Shown: positions 41,323 to 56,956, counted from the first letter of the stretch. The stretch: 64,000 nt of DNA from Burkholderiales bacterium (GCA_036262835.1 DATAID010000084.1:9360-73359); one strand, 5' to 3'. Translations and numbers: made by a program. The notes: generated from the letters alone by a model not told the origin.

Positions 41323-44300
41323 ATGCGGCTCACTCAGCTCAAGCTCTCAGGCTTCAAGTCCTTCGTAGATCCCACTTCGATTCACGTTCCAGGCCAGCTG
41401 GTCGGCATCGTCGGCCCCAACGGCTGCGGCAAGTCCAACGTCATAGACGCGGTGCGCTGGGTGCTGGGGGAGTCGCGCGCCTCGGCGCTGCGCGGCGATT
41501 CGATGCAGGACGTCATCTTCAACGGCTCGGGCAACCGCAAGCCGCTCGCGCGCGCCGCGGTCGAGCTCCTTTTCGACAACTCGATGGGCCGCGCGGCCGG
41601 CCAGTGGTCGCAGTACGCCGAGATCTCGGTGCGGCGCGTGCTGCAGCGGGACGGCGAATCGTCCTACTACATCAACGGCACCCACGTCCGGCGCCGCGAC
41701 ATCACCGACATGTTCCTCGGCACCGGCCTCGGGCCGCGCGCCTACGCGATCATCGAGCAGGGCATGATCTCGCGCGTGATCGAGGCCAAGCCCGACGAGC
41801 TGCGCGTCTTCCTGGAGGAGGCCGCGGGCGTCTCGCGCTACAAGGAGCGCCGCAGAGAAACCGAGAACCGGCTCGCCGACACGCGCGAGAACCTGGCCCG
41901 CGTCACCGACATCCGCACCGAGCTCGGCACGCAGATCGAGAAGCTCGAGGGCCAGGCGAAGATCGCCACCCGCTACAAGGAAATCCAGCAGGAGCTGCAG
42001 TTCAAGCAGCAGCTGCTGTGGCACCTGCGCCGCCGCGACGCGAACGCGGAGCGCGAGAAGCACGGGCGCGAGATCGCCTCGGTCGCGAACGAGCTCGAGG
42101 CGGGCGCGGCCGGCCTGCGCGAGGTCGAGTCCCGCGTGGAGGGCGCGCGCGTCACCCACTACGGCGCGGGCGACGCGCTCAACACCGCCCAGGCCGCGGT
42201 CTACGCCGCCAACGCCGAGGTGGCCCGCCACGAGTCCGAGCTGCGCCATGTCGAGGAGACGCGCAACCGGCTCGAAGGCCAGCATACGGAGCGCAGGGTG
42301 CAGCTCGGCTCCTGGCGCGAGCAGCGGGCGCAACTGACGCAGTCGCTCCACACCTGGGCCGCGCGCTCCGATAGCGCCCGCCAGCGCGTGGCCGCCGCGC
42401 AGGCCGCGTTGACGACCGAAAGCACGCGCCTGCCCGAAGCCGAGGCTGCCGAGCGCGCGGGCCAGGCCGCCCTGGACGAGGCGCGCAGCCTCGTCCTGCA
42501 GACGGAGACCCGGCTGCAGGTCGCGCAGCAGGGCGCGACGCTGCTCGAGCGCACATTGCAGTCGCTCGCGCAGCGGCGCGAGCGACTGGAAACCGAAGCC
42601 CGCATTCTCGCCGCTCCGGATCGACCCGTCGTCGAAGCCAAGGACCTCGAGGCGCTGCAGCAGGAGGCCGAATCCCTCGCCGCCGCGAGCGCAGCCGCCG
42701 CGGAAGCGCTTGCCGAGGCGACCCGCGAGCACACCGCCGCGGACGCCCAGCTCGCCACGCTGAAGCAGGTCCAGGCCGCGGCCGAAGAGGAAGCGCCTTT
42801 GCACGAGTGGCTCGAGCGCCAGCGCCTCGCCGGCCTGCCGCGCTTCTGGCAGAAGATCCGCATCGACGCGGGCTGGGAGGTCGCGCTCGAATCGGTCCTG
42901 CGCGAGCGCCTGCACGCGCTCGAGATCGCCTCGAGCGGCGTCTCGGGCGACCGGCCGCCGGTCAAGGCGAGCCTTTTCGCGCCGGGCCGCAGCGAAGCGG
43001 CGGCCGCCTCCGCGGCCCACGTGCCGCTGCAAAGCAAGGTGCATCCGATCGATCCGAGCCTGGAAGGCGCGCTCGCCGACTGGCTGACCGGCGTCTACGT
43101 CATCGAGGGCGTCCCCGACGCGGCGCAGCGCGCGGCGCTGCCGGCCGGCGCCGTGCTCGTCAACCGCGAGGGCGACCAGTTCACGCGCCACACGGTCAGC
43201 TATCACGCGCCGGATCCCGCCGATGCCGGCATCCTCGCGCGACAGGCGGAGATCGAGTCGCTGGAAGAGCGCTGCCGGGCGCTCGCCGCTCGCGTCGAGC
43301 AGGCGCGGGCCGATGCCGAGCGCGCCGAAGGACAGCATGCGATGCGCCAGCGCCGGCTGCACGAGGCGCAGATCGAGTCGCTCAAGCGCGACCAGGCGCT
43401 CGAGCGCTCGGCGCAGATCGACAAGGAGCTCGGCGAGCTGAAGGCCGAGGACGAGCGCGACGGCGCGGCCTTCGCGGAGGCGAAGCGGACGCTGGAAAAC
43501 GGCGCCGGCGAGATCGCCGACGCGAACGCGCGGCTCGAGGAAGCGCAGGCCGCGCACCGGGCGGTCGAGGCCGCGCTGGCCGAGCAGCGCGTGCGCACGC
43601 AGGCCGCCGAGCGCGAAGCCCAGGATGCGGTGTTCGGCGAGCGCGAGTGCACGGCCAAGATCGCCGAGATCGACAACTCGGTGCGCATGATCGACCAGCA
43701 GATCGCGCATGCCGAGGAGGAGGTGAGCCGCCTTACTGCGGAACTCGCCGTCGATCCCATCCCGGCCGTGCGCCAGGCGCTCGATGCCGCTGTTGAAGCC
43801 CGCATGGGCAGCGAAAAATCGCTCGGCGCCGCGCGCGACGCGGTGGAAGCCGCCGCCGGGGCGCTGCGCGCCCTCGAGGAAGAGCGCCTCAAGATCGAGG
43901 GCACGCTCGCGCCGCTGCGCGAGCGCGTGAACGAGCTGCGCCTGAAGGAGCAGGCCGCGCAGATCAACCACGACCAGTTCGAGGCCCAGCTGCGGGAGGC
44001 GAACGCGGACGAAGCCGCGCTCGCGCTCGCGGCCGAGAATGCGCCGCGGCCTTCCTCGCTGCAGGGCGAGCTGACCCGGCTGACCCAGGCCATGAACGAG
44101 CTCGGCGCGGTGAACCTGGCCGCGGTCGAGGAGCTCGCCACGAGCCGGGAGCGCAAGGGCTTCCTCGATTCGCAGTCGGCGGACCTCGAGGAAGCGGTCA
44201 CCACGCTCGAGGACGCGATCCGGCGCATCGACCGGGAGACGCGCGAGCTGCTGCGCGAGACCTTCGACACGGTCAACAAGCACTTCGGCGCGCTCTTCCC

Positions 44301-44724
44301 GGTGCTTTTCGCGGGCGGGGAGGCGAAGCTCATCATGACCGGCGAGGAGATCCTCGACGCGGGCGTGCAGGTGATGGCGCACCCGCCGGGCAAGCGCAAC
44401 AGCAGCATCCACCTGCTCTCCGGCGGCGAGAAGGCGCTCACGGCGATCGCGCTGGTTTTCGCCATGTTCCAGCTCAATCCCGCGCCGTTCTGCCTGCTCG
44501 ACGAGGTGGACGCGCCGCTCGACGACAGCAACACGACGCGCTTCTGCGACCTCGTGCGCAAGATGTCGGCGCAGACGCAGTTCCTCTTCATCAGCCACAA
44601 CAAGATCACGATGGAGCTCGCGAACCAGCTGATCGGCGTGACGATGCCCGAGTCCGGCGTCTCGCGCGTCGTCGCCGTCGACATCGAGGAAGCGCTCCGC
44701 ATCCGGGAGGAGCTCGCGGCCTGA
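41323..44724 (+). CDS. smc: Chromosome partition protein Smc, 1133 aa
   Basis: Translation begins [16 protein letters not shown], with Walker [10 protein letters not shown]. Long coiled-coil arms flank a central hinge. The C-terminal signature is [11 protein letters not shown] and Walker B is [11 protein letters not shown]. Confidence 0.95.
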   Translation: MRLTQLKLSGFKSFVDPTSIHVPGQLVGIVGPNGCGKSNVIDAVRWVLGESRASALRGDSMQDVIFNGSGNRKPLARAAVELLFDNSMGRAAGQWSQYAEISVRRVLQRDGESSYYINGTHVRRRDITDMFLGTGLGPRAYAIIEQGMISRVIEAKPDELRVFLEEAAGVSRYKERRRETENRLADTRENLARVTDIRTELGTQIEKLEGQAKIATRYKEIQQELQFKQQLLWHLRRRDANAEREKHGREIASVANELEAGAAGLREVESRVEGARVTHYGAGDALNTAQAAVYAANAEVARHESELRHVEETRNRLEGQHTERRVQLGSWREQRAQLTQSLHTWAARSDSARQRVAAAQAALTTESTRLPEAEAAERAGQAALDEARSLVLQTETRLQVAQQGATLLERTLQSLAQRRERLETEARILAAPDRPVVEAKDLEALQQEAESLAAASAAAAEALAEATREHTAADAQLATLKQVQAAAEEEAPLHEWLERQRLAGLPRFWQKIRIDAGWEVALESVLRERLHALEIASSGVSGDRPPVKASLFAPGRSEAAAASAAHVPLQSKVHPIDPSLEGALADWLTGVYVIEGVPDAAQRAALPAGAVLVNREGDQFTRHTVSYHAPDPADAGILARQAEIESLEERCRALAARVEQARADAERAEGQHAMRQRRLHEAQIESLKRDQALERSAQIDKELGELKAEDERDGAAFAEAKRTLENGAGEIADANARLEEAQAAHRAVEAALAEQRVRTQAAEREAQDAVFGERECTAKIAEIDNSVRMIDQQIAHAEEEVSRLTAELAVDPIPAVRQALDAAVEARMGSEKSLGAARDAVEAAAGALRALEEERLKIEGTLAPLRERVNELRLKEQAAQINHDQFEAQLREANADEAALALAAENAPRPSSLQGELTRLTQAMNELGAVNLAAVEELATSRERKGFLDSQSADLEEAVTTLEDAIRRIDRETRELLRETFDTVNKHFGALFPVLFAGGEAKLIMTGEEILDAGVQVMAHPPGKRNSSIHLLSGGEKALTAIALVFAMFQLNPAPFCLLDEVDAPLDDSNTTRFCDLVRKMSAQTQFLFISHNKITMELANQLIGVTMPESGVSRVVAVDIEEALRIREELAA

Positions 44725-44731
44725 GCGCGCC

Positions 44732-47810
<3,079 letters not shown>

Positions 47811-47811
47811 C

Positions 47812-48681
47812 ATGGCGCGGCGAAGAATCACCAAGGCGGTGTTTCCGGTGGCGGGGCTCGGCAGCCGGTTCCTTCCGGCGACCAAGGCGAGCCCGAAGGA
47901 AATGCTGCCCATCGTGGACAAGCCGCTCATCCAGTACGCGGTCGAGGAGGCGGCCGCCGCCGGCATCACCGACCTCATCTTCGTCACCGGCCGCAACAAG
48001 CGCGCGATCGAGGACCACTTCGACTCCAACCCCGAGCTCGAGGCGGCGCTCGAAAACAAGCCCAAGCTGCTGCAGGTGTCGAAGTCCGTGCTGCCGGCGG
48101 GCTGCCGCTGCATTTTCATCCGCCAGCCCGAGGCGCTCGGGCTCGGCCACGCGGTGCTCTGCGCGCGTCCTGCGGTCGGGGACGAGCCCTTCGCCGTGCT
48201 CCTCGCCGACGACTTGATCGATGCCAACCCCCCAACCATGGCGCGCATGGCCGAGCGCTACACCTACGAAGGCTGCTCGCTGCTCGGAGTGGAAGAGGTG
48301 CCGCGCGACCAGACCTCCAGCTACGGCATCGTCAGCCCCGCCGACGCGAAGGCGGAGGTGACGCAAGTGAAGGCGATCGTCGAGAAGCCCGCGCCCGACA
48401 AGGCGCCCTCCACGCTCGGCGTGGTGGGTCGCTACCTGCTCACCCCGGCCATCTTCGACCTGCTCGCCTCGGCCAAGCCCGGCAGCGGCGGCGAGATTCA
48501 GCTCACCGACGCGATCTCGGCGCTGCTCGCGCACGAGCGCGTGCTCGCGATGCAGATCGGCGGCAAGCGCTACGACTGTGGCAGCAAGCTCGGCTACCTC
48601 AAGGCGACGGTCGAGCTGGGGCTGCGCCACGCCGAGGTCGGCAAAGGCTTCTCCGACTTTCTCGCGCAACGCGGGCGCTGA
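47812..48681 (+). CDS. galU: UTP--glucose-1-phosphate uridylyltransferase, 289 aa
   Basis: Blocks are [49 protein letters not shown] and YDCGSKLGY. Confidence 0.93.
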   Translation: MARRRITKAVFPVAGLGSRFLPATKASPKEMLPIVDKPLIQYAVEEAAAAGITDLIFVTGRNKRAIEDHFDSNPELEAALENKPKLLQVSKSVLPAGCRCIFIRQPEALGLGHAVLCARPAVGDEPFAVLLADDLIDANPPTMARMAERYTYEGCSLLGVEEVPRDQTSSYGIVSPADAKAEVTQVKAIVEKPAPDKAPSTLGVVGRYLLTPAIFDLLASAKPGSGGEIQLTDAISALLAHERVLAMQIGGKRYDCGSKLGYLKATVELGLRHAEVGKGFSDFLAQRGR

Positions 48682-48683
48682 AC

Positions 48684-49232
48684 ATGCCCGCGGCGGCGGA
48701 GGCCTGGGCGTTTCTCGAGAACTCCGACCTCGTCTCGAGCGCGGCCGAGGTGGAGGCCGCCATCGGGCGGCTCGCCATGGGCATCGAGGTGCAGTTCCGC
48801 GACCGGTATCCGCTCGTGCTCCTCGTCATGGGCGGAGCCGTGGTCTTCGCGGGGCAGTTGCTGCCGCGCCTGCGCATCCCGCTCGATCTCGACTACATCC
48901 ATGTCACGCGCTACGGCGCCGAAACCCAGGGCGGCAAGGTGCACTGGAAAGTCGACCCGCCCGAGAGCGTGCGCGGACGCAACGTGCTCGTGATCGATGA
49001 CATTCTCGACGGCGGCTACACCCTGGCGGCGATCCGCGACCGCGTCATGGAAAAGGGTGCGGCCACTTTTGCCTGCGCCGTGCTCGTGGAAAAGCGCCTG
49101 AAGGCGCCCAAGCCCGTGAGGGCGGACTTCGTGGGCTTGAGCGTTCCCGATCGCTTCGTCTTCGGCTGCGGGATGGATGCGCGAGGCCTTTGGCGCAACC
49201 TGCCCGAGATCCGCGCCATGCGGGGCGCCTGA
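48684..49232 (+). CDS. hpt: Hypoxanthine/guanine phosphoribosyltransferase-like, 182 aa
   Basis: The PRPP-binding motif is [14 protein letters not shown]. The C-terminal block [10 protein letters not shown] is typical of 6-oxopurine PRTases. Confidence 0.8.
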   Translation: MPAAAEAWAFLENSDLVSSAAEVEAAIGRLAMGIEVQFRDRYPLVLLVMGGAVVFAGQLLPRLRIPLDLDYIHVTRYGAETQGGKVHWKVDPPESVRGRNVLVIDDILDGGYTLAAIRDRVMEKGAATFACAVLVEKRLKAPKPVRADFVGLSVPDRFVFGCGMDARGLWRNLPEIRAMRGA

Positions 49233-49969
49233 TGCTTGCGGTCATCGGCGGCAGCGGCCTCGCGCAATTCGAGGGACTTGCGCACGCGCGGCGCAAGACC
49301 GTGCGCACGCCCTACGGCGATTCGTCCGCGGCGCTCAGCTTCGGGCGCATCGGCAACGAGGAGATCGTTTTCCTCGCGCGCCACGGCGACGGGCACAGCA
49401 TCGCGCCGCACGAGGTGAACTACCGGGCCAACATCTGGGCGCTGAAGGAGGCGGGCGCCCGGCAGGTGGTCGCCATCGCGACGGTCGGCGGCATCCACAA
49501 GGACCTGCCGCCGGGCTCGCTCGTCGCGCCCGACCAGATCATCGACTACACCTGGGGCCGGCCCTCGACCTTCTCGCAGGGGCCGGGCGTGCCGGTACGG
49601 CACATCGATTTCACCGAGCCGTACTCGAGCGTGCTGCGCCAGCGGATCCTCGACGCCGCGGCCGCCTGCGGCGAAGCCGTCGCGGCACGCGGCGTGTACG
49701 CGGCGACGCAGGGCCCGCGCCTCGAGACCGCGGCCGAGATCGACCGGCTCGCGCGCGACGGCGCCGACATGGTGGGCATGACCGGGATGCCGGAAGCCGC
49801 GCTCGCGCGCGAGGCCGGCCTCGACTACGCCGCGCTCGCGGTCATCGTGAACCACGCGGCGGGGCGCGGCGACAGCGCGAAGGGCATCGCGCTCGATCGG
49901 CTCGAGGCGGTGCTCGGTCAGGCGATGGCGCGCGTGCGCCGCATTCTGGTACAACTCTGCAGCCGATGA
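49232..49969 (+). CDS. mtnP: S-methyl-5'-thioadenosine/thioinosine phosphorylase, 245 aa
   Basis: Blocks are [41 protein letters not shown] and [10 protein letters not shown]. The ATG shares one base with the hpt stop (TGATG). Confidence 0.85.
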   Translation: MLAVIGGSGLAQFEGLAHARRKTVRTPYGDSSAALSFGRIGNEEIVFLARHGDGHSIAPHEVNYRANIWALKEAGARQVVAIATVGGIHKDLPPGSLVAPDQIIDYTWGRPSTFSQGPGVPVRHIDFTEPYSSVLRQRILDAAAACGEAVAARGVYAATQGPRLETAAEIDRLARDGADMVGMTGMPEAALAREAGLDYAALAVIVNHAAGRGDSAKGIALDRLEAVLGQAMARVRRILVQLCSR

Positions 49970-50499
49970 TCCGAAACGTCCTGCGCATGGGCGACCCGCG
50001 GCTGCTGGCGGTCGCCGCCCCCGTGAAAGACTTCCGCTCGCAGGAGCTGAAAGACCTTCTCGCCGACATGCGCGACACGATGGCGCATCTGAATGGCGCC
50101 GGCCTCGCCGCGCCGCAGATCGGCGTCGGCCTGCGCGTCGTGATCTTCGGCGTGAAATCGAACCCCCGTTATCCCGACGCGGAGGAAGTCCCCGATACGG
50201 TGCTCATCAACCCGACGCTCGAGGCAGTCTCGAACGAGGTCGAGGAGGCCTGGGAAGGCTGCCTGTCCGTTCCCGGCATGCGCGGCGTCGTGCCGCGCCT
50301 GAAGAAACTCAAGTATTCGGGGTTCGACGAGAACGGCAAGCGCTTCGAGCGGCTGGTGGAAAATTTCCATGCGCGGGTGGTCCAGCACGAATGCGACCAC
50401 CTCGACGGCATCCTTTACCCGATGCGGATCCGCGACATGACGAAGTTCGGATTCATCGAGGAGCTTTTCCCCGGCCAGGAACTCCCCGCGGAAGACTAG
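49966..50499 (+). CDS. def: Peptide deformylase, 177 aa
   Basis: The three Def motifs are [18 protein letters not shown] and QHECDHLDG. The ATG overlaps the mtnP stop (ATGA). Confidence 0.93.
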   Translation: MIRNVLRMGDPRLLAVAAPVKDFRSQELKDLLADMRDTMAHLNGAGLAAPQIGVGLRVVIFGVKSNPRYPDAEEVPDTVLINPTLEAVSNEVEEAWEGCLSVPGMRGVVPRLKKLKYSGFDENGKRFERLVENFHARVVQHECDHLDGILYPMRIRDMTKFGFIEELFPGQELPAED

Positions 50500-53045
50500 A
50501 TTTGCAGCTCCGCGAGCAGCTCCTGCTCGAGCTTGAGCACTGTTTTCGAGTCCTGCAGCGCGCCGCCCGAGATGAGGAAGACGTCCTCGGCACGATCGCC
50601 GAGGGTGTTGATCTTGGCCGAGTGCAGGTTCAGCCTGTAGCCCGCGAGCTTGCGCGCGACGCGATACAGAAGCCCCGGCCGGTCGCTCGCGACGATGGTG
50701 AGCGCATCGTAGGTGCCGCGCTCGTCGGGCCGGATATCCACCGCCGGCGACACGGGAAAGTGCTTCACGCGGCGCGAGAGGCGCCCGGTGCGCGGCGCTC
50801 CGAGCGGCTCGCGCGACTCGAGCTCCGCGGCAAGCTCGGTCTCGATTCCCGCGATGAGGTCGCGATAGTGGCCGCCCGAGCCCTGGCCCATGACGACGAA
50901 GGTGTCGAGCGCATAGCCGGTGCGCGTGGTGTGGATCTTGGCCTCCACGATGTTGAACCCCGAGCGCTCGAAGTAGCCGCAGATGCGCGCGAAGAGCGCC
51001 TCGCGATCGGGCGTGTAGATCATCACCTGCAGGCCTTCGTCGAAGGGCGCGAGGCGCGCCTTGACGACGGGCGCCTTCGCGTCGACGCGGTAATGCAGGT
51101 TCCTCGTCTGCCAGGCGATCTCCTGCGCGTCGTGGCGCAGGAAGTAGGCGGTATCGAGCGTCGACCAGAACCTTTCCTTGACCGCATCCGAGAGCGCGTA
51201 GAGGCGCAGGAGCCGCCCGGCCTCGGCCTGCTTGTCGGCGACCGCGGCGTCCACCTGCGGCGCTTCGCCCGCGAGGATGCGGCGCGCGAGCCGGAAGAGG
51301 TCTTCCAGCAGCTTCGCTTTCCAGGCGTTCCAGACCTTGGGGCTCGTGCCGCGGATGTCGGCCACCGTGAGGAGGTAAAGGGCGACCAGCCGCCGCTCGG
51401 TGCCCACCTTGTCGGCGAAGGCGCGCACCACCTCCGGATCGGCGATGTCCTGGCGCTGCGCGACCGCCGACATCGTCAAGTGCTGCTCGACGAGAAAAGA
51501 CACGAGCTCGGTGTCCTCGCGCGACAGGCCGTGGCGGCGGCAGAAGCGTCGCGCGTCCTCGGTGCCGAGCACCGAATGGTCTCCGCCGCGTCCCTTGGCG
51601 ATGTCGTGGAAGAGAGCGGCGATATAGAGGAGCCAGCGGCGCTCGAAGCCGCTCATGAGCTGGCTGCAGAACGGAAACTCGTGCGCGAACTCGGGCATCG
51701 TGAAGCGCCGCAGGTTCCGCAGCACCATGAGGATGTGCTGGTCGACCGTGTAGACGTGGTAGAGGTCGTGCTGCATCTGGCCGACGATCCTGCCGAACTC
51801 GGGCAGGTAGCCGCCCAGCACGTCGTACTGGTTCATGCGCCGGAACTCGTGCACGATGCCGCGCGGCTGCTGCAGGATGTTGAGAAAAAGCAGCTGCGCG
51901 CGCTCGTCGCGCCGCAGCTTCGCATCCAGCCGCCCGCGCGCGCGCCATAGCGCGCGCAGGGTGGGCGCGCTCATGCCGCGCAGGTCGCGGTGCTGCTGCA
52001 TGAGCAGGAAGCTCTCCAGGATCGCGCGCGGCTCGCGCGCGAACAGGTCCTCCTGCCTCGCCTCCAGCAGCGCGCCGCGCGCCTGGAAGCGCTCGTTCAG
52101 CAGGCGCGGCGCCGCATGCTCGGTGTCGAAGCGCTCCTCCAGGTTCTGCAGCAGGATGGTGTTGAGCTGGGTCACCGTCTTCGCGTTGCGGTAGTAGGCC
52201 TGCATGAGATGCTCGCTGGCGCGGCGCGTGGCGGTGTCCTTGAAGCCGCTTTGACCGGCGAGCGCGTCCTGATAGTCGAAGGCGATGCGGTCCTCGCGGC
52301 GCCCGGCCAGGTAATGCAGGCGGACGCGCAGGTTCTGCAAAAGCGCCTCGGTGCGCGCAAGCTGGCGCGCCTCGCCCGGCTGCAGCAGGTCCCGCTTCTC
52401 CAGGTCGCGCCAGCTCTTGCCCAGGCCGCAGGCCTGGGCGATCCAGCGGATGACCTGCAGGTCGCGCAGGCCGCCGGGCGCTTCCTTCAGGTTGGGCTCG
52501 AGCGCGTAGGGCGTATCGCGATGCTTGGCGTGGCGCTGCTCCTGCTCGAGGCGCTTCGCCTTGAGAAAGGCCGCGGGATCGACGATCCGCTCCAGGCCTT
52601 TCGACAGCCGGCGGTAGAGCGGGGCGCTGCCGGCGAGCAGGCGCGCCTCCAGGAGCGAGGTCTCGATGGTGATGTCGGTGCGCGCGAGCTCCAGGCACGC
52701 CTCGACCGTGCGCACGCTGTGGCCGATCTCCAGGCCGATGTCCCAGAGCCGGCCGATGAACTTCTCGAGCAGCTCGCTCTCGGCCGGGCCCGGCTCGGCC
52801 TCGAGGAGCACGAGCACGTCGACATCGGAGGCCGGGAAGAGCTCGCCGCGCCCGTAGCCGCCCGTGGCGACGAGGGACATGCCGCGAGGCGGCTTCTGCT
52901 CGCGCCAGAGCTGGCCGAGGATCGCGTCGATGCGCCGCGCATGCGCGCGCAGCAGCCAGCTCGCCGACTTGCCCCCGAGGTAGCCCGTGCGCAACGCCTC
53001 GCGTGCCCGGCGCAGCTCGTCGCGGAGGCGCTCGACGGCGCTCAC
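50496..53045 (-). CDS. glnD: Bifunctional [protein-PII] uridylyltransferase/uridylyl-removing enzyme, 849 aa
   Basis: The nucleotidyltransferase motif is [19 protein letters not shown] and the HD domain is [14 protein letters not shown]. Two C-terminal ACT-like domains follow. The GTG 53045 start overlaps the map stop (GTGA). Confidence 0.92.
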   Translation of the reverse strand: MSAVERLRDELRRAREALRTGYLGGKSASWLLRAHARRIDAILGQLWREQKPPRGMSLVATGGYGRGELFPASDVDVLVLLEAEPGPAESELLEKFIGRLWDIGLEIGHSVRTVEACLELARTDITIETSLLEARLLAGSAPLYRRLSKGLERIVDPAAFLKAKRLEQEQRHAKHRDTPYALEPNLKEAPGGLRDLQVIRWIAQACGLGKSWRDLEKRDLLQPGEARQLARTEALLQNLRVRLHYLAGRREDRIAFDYQDALAGQSGFKDTATRRASEHLMQAYYRNAKTVTQLNTILLQNLEERFDTEHAAPRLLNERFQARGALLEARQEDLFAREPRAILESFLLMQQHRDLRGMSAPTLRALWRARGRLDAKLRRDERAQLLFLNILQQPRGIVHEFRRMNQYDVLGGYLPEFGRIVGQMQHDLYHVYTVDQHILMVLRNLRRFTMPEFAHEFPFCSQLMSGFERRWLLYIAALFHDIAKGRGGDHSVLGTEDARRFCRRHGLSREDTELVSFLVEQHLTMSAVAQRQDIADPEVVRAFADKVGTERRLVALYLLTVADIRGTSPKVWNAWKAKLLEDLFRLARRILAGEAPQVDAAVADKQAEAGRLLRLYALSDAVKERFWSTLDTAYFLRHDAQEIAWQTRNLHYRVDAKAPVVKARLAPFDEGLQVMIYTPDREALFARICGYFERSGFNIVEAKIHTTRTGYALDTFVVMGQGSGGHYRDLIAGIETELAAELESREPLGAPRTGRLSRRVKHFPVSPAVDIRPDERGTYDALTIVASDRPGLLYRVARKLAGYRLNLHSAKINTLGDRAEDVFLISGGALQDSKTVLKLEQELLAELQI

Positions 53046-53839
53046 GAGGGCTGGGGCGGCGCCGGCGTTCCCTCGGAGCGGGTCAGGATCTCGCAGCCGG
53101 TGTCGGTCACGAGCACGGTGTGCTCCCACTGCGCCGAAAGGCTGTGGTCCTTGGTGACGATCGTCCAGCCGTCGGCGAGCTCGCGGATCGCCGCCTTGCC
53201 GGCGTTGATCATCGGCTCGATGGTGAACGTCATGCCCGGCTCGAGGCGCAGCCCGGTGCCGGGCTTGCCGTAGTGCAGGATCTGGGGCTCCTCGTGGAAG
53301 CGCCGGCCGATGCCGTGGCCGCAGAATTCGCGCACCACCGAGTAGCCGTGGCGCTCGGCATGCGCCTGGATCGCCGCGCCAAGGTCGCCGAGGCGCGCGC
53401 CGGGGCGCACCTGCTCGATGCCTCGCCACATGCACTCGTAGGTCACGTCCACGAGCCGGCGCGCCTGGATGCCGGGCTCGCCCACGTAGTACATGCGGCT
53501 GGAATCCCCGTGATAGCCGTCCTTGATGACGGTGACGTCGATGTTGAGGATGTCACCCGCCTTGAGCACGCGCTCGCCCGGCACACCGTGGCATACCTGG
53601 TGGTTCACCGAGGTACAGATCGATTTCGGGAAGGGCTTGTAGCCGGGCGGGGCGTAATTGAGCGGCGCCGGCACGGTACCCTGAACGCCCGTCATGTAGG
53701 CGTGGCACAAGTCGTTCAGCTTGCCAGTCGTGACGCCCGGCTTCACGTGGGGCGCGATGTAGTCGAGCACCTCGGCGGCGAGGCGGCCCGCGACCCGCAT
53801 CCTGGCGATTTCTTCCTGCGACTTGATGACGACGGACAT
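53042..53839 (-). CDS. map: Type I methionine aminopeptidase, 265 aa
   Basis: Blocks are IKSQEEIARMRVAGRLAAEVL, ICTSVNHQVCHG, DVTVIKDGYHGD, GHGIGRRFHE, TIEPM and EHTVLVT (metal ligands). Start is at the internal ATG 53839. Confidence 0.93.
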   Translation of the reverse strand: MSVVIKSQEEIARMRVAGRLAAEVLDYIAPHVKPGVTTGKLNDLCHAYMTGVQGTVPAPLNYAPPGYKPFPKSICTSVNHQVCHGVPGERVLKAGDILNIDVTVIKDGYHGDSSRMYYVGEPGIQARRLVDVTYECMWRGIEQVRPGARLGDLGAAIQAHAERHGYSVVREFCGHGIGRRFHEEPQILHYGKPGTGLRLEPGMTFTIEPMINAGKAAIRELADGWTIVTKDHSLSAQWEHTVLVTDTGCEILTRSEGTPAPPQPS

Positions 53840-53865
53840 CGGCTGACCGGGAAAACCGCTGATTA

Positions 53866-53874
53866 TGCTAGAAT
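53866..53874 (+). promoter_or_regulatory. Candidate extended -10 promoter element for rpsB (TGcTAGAAT)
   Basis: TG at 53866-53867, one nt, then TAGAAT at 53869-53874. This leaves a leader of about 115 nt before the rpsB ATG (SD GGAG at -11). I could not identify a clear -35. Confidence 0.4.
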
Positions 53875-53994
53875 TTCGGCCTGGTTTCGGCATTGGCCGG
53901 GCCAAATTTCCCGCCCGACGTTTAGGGTGCTCCCGGAACTCCGGGGGTGCAAGTGATCGGCGCGGCAGACCCTTAACCCTAACTGGAGCACGTC

Positions 53995-54741
53995 ATGTCG
54001 GTCACGATGCGTCAAATGCTTGAGGCGGGAGTCCATTTCGGACATCAGACCCGCTACTGGAATCCGAAGATGGCGCCGTACATCTTCGGCCACCGCAACA
54101 AGATCCACATCATCAACCTGGAAAAGACGATGGAGCAGTACCAGGGCGCGATCAAGTTCGTGCGCCAGCTGGCGGCCAACAAGGGCACGATCCTGTTCGT
54201 CGGCACCAAGCGGCAGGCGCGCGAGATCGTGCGCGAGGAAGCGATGCGCGCCGGCATGCCGTTCGTCGATTACCGGTGGCTGGGCGGCATGCTCACCAAC
54301 TTCAAGACGGTGAAGAACTCGATCAAGCGCCTGAAGGAAATGGAGGCCATGGGCCAGGACGGGACGCTCGAGCGCATGTCGAAGAAGGAAGCGCTCGGCA
54401 TCACGCGCGAGATGGAGAAGCTGCAGCGCTCGCTCGGCGGCATCAAGGAGCTCTCGAGCCTGCCCGACGCGATGTTCGTCATCGACGTCGGCTATCAGAA
54501 AGGCGCCATCGCCGAGGCGAGCAAGCTCGGCATCCCGCTCGTGGCGGTGGTCGACACCAACCATTCGCCCGAAAAGATCGACTACGTGATTCCCGGCAAC
54601 GACGACTCGAGCCGGGCCATCCGCCTCTACGCGCGCGGCATCGCCGACGCGGTGATCGAGGGCCGCGCGCAGGCCGTGGAAGAGGTGGTCGCCGCCTCGC
54701 GCGACGAATTTGTCGAGGTGGACGAAGAGGGCGCGCGTTGA
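53995..54741 (+). CDS. rpsB: 30S ribosomal protein S2, 248 aa
   Basis: Blocks are [31 protein letters not shown] and FVGTKRQA. Confidence 0.97.
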   Translation: MSVTMRQMLEAGVHFGHQTRYWNPKMAPYIFGHRNKIHIINLEKTMEQYQGAIKFVRQLAANKGTILFVGTKRQAREIVREEAMRAGMPFVDYRWLGGMLTNFKTVKNSIKRLKEMEAMGQDGTLERMSKKEALGITREMEKLQRSLGGIKELSSLPDAMFVIDVGYQKGAIAEASKLGIPLVAVVDTNHSPEKIDYVIPGNDDSSRAIRLYARGIADAVIEGRAQAVEEVVAASRDEFVEVDEEGAR

Positions 54742-54766
54742 GCGTTGCCGCGAACGGACGCAAGCC

Positions 54767-54792
54767 AGGGGCCTCGACGGGCCCCTTTTTTT
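54767..54792 (+). terminator. Intercistronic hairpin / attenuator between rpsB and tsf
   Basis: AGGGGCC-TCGACG-GGCCCCT is followed by TTTTTTT. Confidence 0.7.
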
Positions 54793-54818
54793 GACCGAAG
54801 CGAAAGGAAAGCGAAAGC

Positions 54819-55661
54819 ATGGCTGAAATCAGTGCTGGCCTGGTGAAAGAGCTGCGCGAGATGACCGGGCTCGGGATGATGGAGTGCAAGAAGGCCCTGG
54901 CCGAAGCAGGCGGCGACCTGAAGAAGGCCGAGGAGCTGCTGCGCATCAAGAGCGGCGCCAAGGCGGGCAAGGCCGCCGGCCGGGTCGCCGCCGAAGGCAT
55001 CATCGGCGCCTACCTGTCGGCCGACGCAAAGCTCGGCGCGCTGGTCGAGCTCAACTGCGAGACCGACTTCGTCGCGAAGAACGACGACTTCGTCGCTTTC
55101 GCGCAGGAACTGGCGCGGCTCGTGGCGGAGAAGGATCCCGCGGATTTTTCGGAAGTGGAAGGCAAAAGGCAAAGCCTGGTGCAGAAGATCGGAGAGAACA
55201 TCACGATCCGCAGGTCCGCGCGCATCCAGACGCAGGCGAAGCTCGCGCAATACGTCCACAACGGCAAGATCGGCGTGCTGGTCGACTACGACGGCGACGA
55301 TGCAGCGGGCCGCGACGTCGCCATGCACGTCTCGTTTGCCAAGCCCGCCTTCATGACCAGGGCAGAAGTGCCGGCAGAGGTCGTGGAGCGCGAACGCGGC
55401 ATTCTGGCCGCGCGCGCCAAGGAGTCCGGCAAGCCCGAGGCGATCGTCGCCAAAATGGTCGAGGGCGGGCTGAACAAGTTCCTCGGCGAGCAGACCTTGC
55501 TCGGCCAGCCGTTCATCAAGGACGACAAGCAGACCATCGAGAAGATGCTGGCGGCGAAGAAGACCCGGCTGCTCGGCTATCGGTTCCTCGTTGTCGGCGA
55601 AGGCATCGAGAAGAAGGCGACGGATTTCGCCGCTGAAGTGAAGTCGATGGTGAAAAACTGA
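54819..55661 (+). CDS. tsf: Elongation factor Ts, 280 aa
   Basis: Blocks are [34 protein letters not shown] (UBA-like N-domain) and [12 protein letters not shown]. Confidence 0.96.
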   Translation: MAEISAGLVKELREMTGLGMMECKKALAEAGGDLKKAEELLRIKSGAKAGKAAGRVAAEGIIGAYLSADAKLGALVELNCETDFVAKNDDFVAFAQELARLVAEKDPADFSEVEGKRQSLVQKIGENITIRRSARIQTQAKLAQYVHNGKIGVLVDYDGDDAAGRDVAMHVSFAKPAFMTRAEVPAEVVERERGILAARAKESGKPEAIVAKMVEGGLNKFLGEQTLLGQPFIKDDKQTIEKMLAAKKTRLLGYRFLVVGEGIEKKATDFAAEVKSMVKN

Positions 55662-55665
55662 GGCG

Positions 55666-56379
55666 ATGAAGGCGAAGTACAAGCGCATCCTGCTCAAGCT
55701 CTCGGGCGAGGCGCTCATGGGCGAGGGCGCCTATGGCATCAGCCGCCCGGTGATCGAGGGCATCGTCGCGGAGATCGCGGCGGTGGCCAGGCAGGGCGTC
55801 GAGATCGGCGTGGTGATCGGCGGCGGCAACATCTTCCGCGGCGTCGCGCCGGGCGCGGCCGGCATGGATCGCGCGACCGCCGACTACATGGGCATGCTCG
55901 CCACGGTGATGAATGCGCTCGCCCTGCAGGACGCGATGCGGCACGCCGGGCTCGCCAGCCGCGCGCTGTCCGCGCTCAACATCGAGCAGGTGATCGAGCC
56001 TTATATCCGCGGCAAGGCGATCCGCTATCTCGAGGAAGGGCAGGTGGTGGTCTTCGCGGCCGGCACCGGCAACCCGTTCTTCACCACCGACACGGCGGCG
56101 GCGCTGCGCGCGAGCGAGGTCGGCGCCGAGATCGTGCTCAAGGCCACCAAGGTGGACGGCGTGTACACTAGCGACCCGAAGACGGACCCGGGCGCCAAGC
56201 GCTACAGCCGCGTCAGCTTCGACGAGGCGATCCAGCGCAATCTCAAGGTGATGGATGCGACCGCGCTGACGCTGTGCCGGGACCAGAAGCTGCCGGTGAA
56301 CGTGTTCAGCATCTTCCGCAAGAACGCCCTCGGCCGGGTGGTCGCCGGCGAGGACGAAGGAACCCTGGTGCACCTGTGA
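55666..56379 (+). CDS. pyrH: UMP kinase, 237 aa
   Basis: Blocks are [32 protein letters not shown] and [17 protein letters not shown]. Confidence 0.96.
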   Translation: MKAKYKRILLKLSGEALMGEGAYGISRPVIEGIVAEIAAVARQGVEIGVVIGGGNIFRGVAPGAAGMDRATADYMGMLATVMNALALQDAMRHAGLASRALSALNIEQVIEPYIRGKAIRYLEEGQVVVFAAGTGNPFFTTDTAAALRASEVGAEIVLKATKVDGVYTSDPKTDPGAKRYSRVSFDEAIQRNLKVMDATALTLCRDQKLPVNVFSIFRKNALGRVVAGEDEGTLVHL

Positions 56380-56398
56380 CCGGCCGAGGGAGCGAGCC

Positions 56399-56956
56399 AT
56401 GATTCCGGAATTGAAGAAAAGCACCGAAGCGAAGATGCAAAAAAGCGTCGAGGCGTTCAAGTCGGACCTCGCGAAGGTGCGCACCGGGCGCGCGCACACG
56501 GGCATCCTCGATCACGTCATGGTGGACTACTACGGCGCGCAGACGCCGCTCAACCAGGTCGCGAAGGTGACGCTGCTCGATGCGCGCACCATCGGCGTCG
56601 CGCCGTTCGAGAAGAAGATGGGCCAGACGGTCGAGAAGGCGATCCGCGAAGCGAACCTCGGCCTCAATCCCGCGGCGGCGGGCGACACCATCCGCGTGCC
56701 GATGCCGGCGCTCACCGAGGAGCGGCGCAAGGAGCTCACCAAGGTCGTGCACAAGGAGGCCGAGACCGCGCGCGTCGCGGTGCGCAACGTGCGGCGCGAC
56801 GCGATCCACGCGCTCAAGGAAGCGCTCAAGGACAAGGAGATTTCCGAGAACGACGAGCGCAAGGCGCACGACGAGGTCCAGAAGGCGACCGACCGGCACA
56901 TCGCCGAGATCGACAAGCTGCTCGCGCAGAAGGAAGCCGAGCTGATGGCGGTGTGA
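56399..56956 (+). CDS. frr: Ribosome recycling factor, 185 aa
   Basis: Blocks are [31 protein letters not shown] and VRNVRRDA. Confidence 0.96.
   Translation: MIPELKKSTEAKMQKSVEAFKSDLAKVRTGRAHTGILDHVMVDYYGAQTPLNQVAKVTLLDARTIGVAPFEKKMGQTVEKAIREANLGLNPAAAGDTIRVPMPALTEERRKELTKVVHKEAETARVAVRNVRRDAIHALKEALKDKEISENDERKAHDEVQKATDRHIAEIDKLLAQKEAELMAV

Noticed and set aside
49918-52698. 926-aa minus-strand ORF, plus 50391-51950 (+) and 51990-53273 (+), overlapping glnD
   Set aside because: These are an alternative frame and antisense frames of glnD. The translations are Arg/Pro/Ala-rich nonsense, whereas the glnD frame carries nucleotidyltransferase, HD and ACT motifs.
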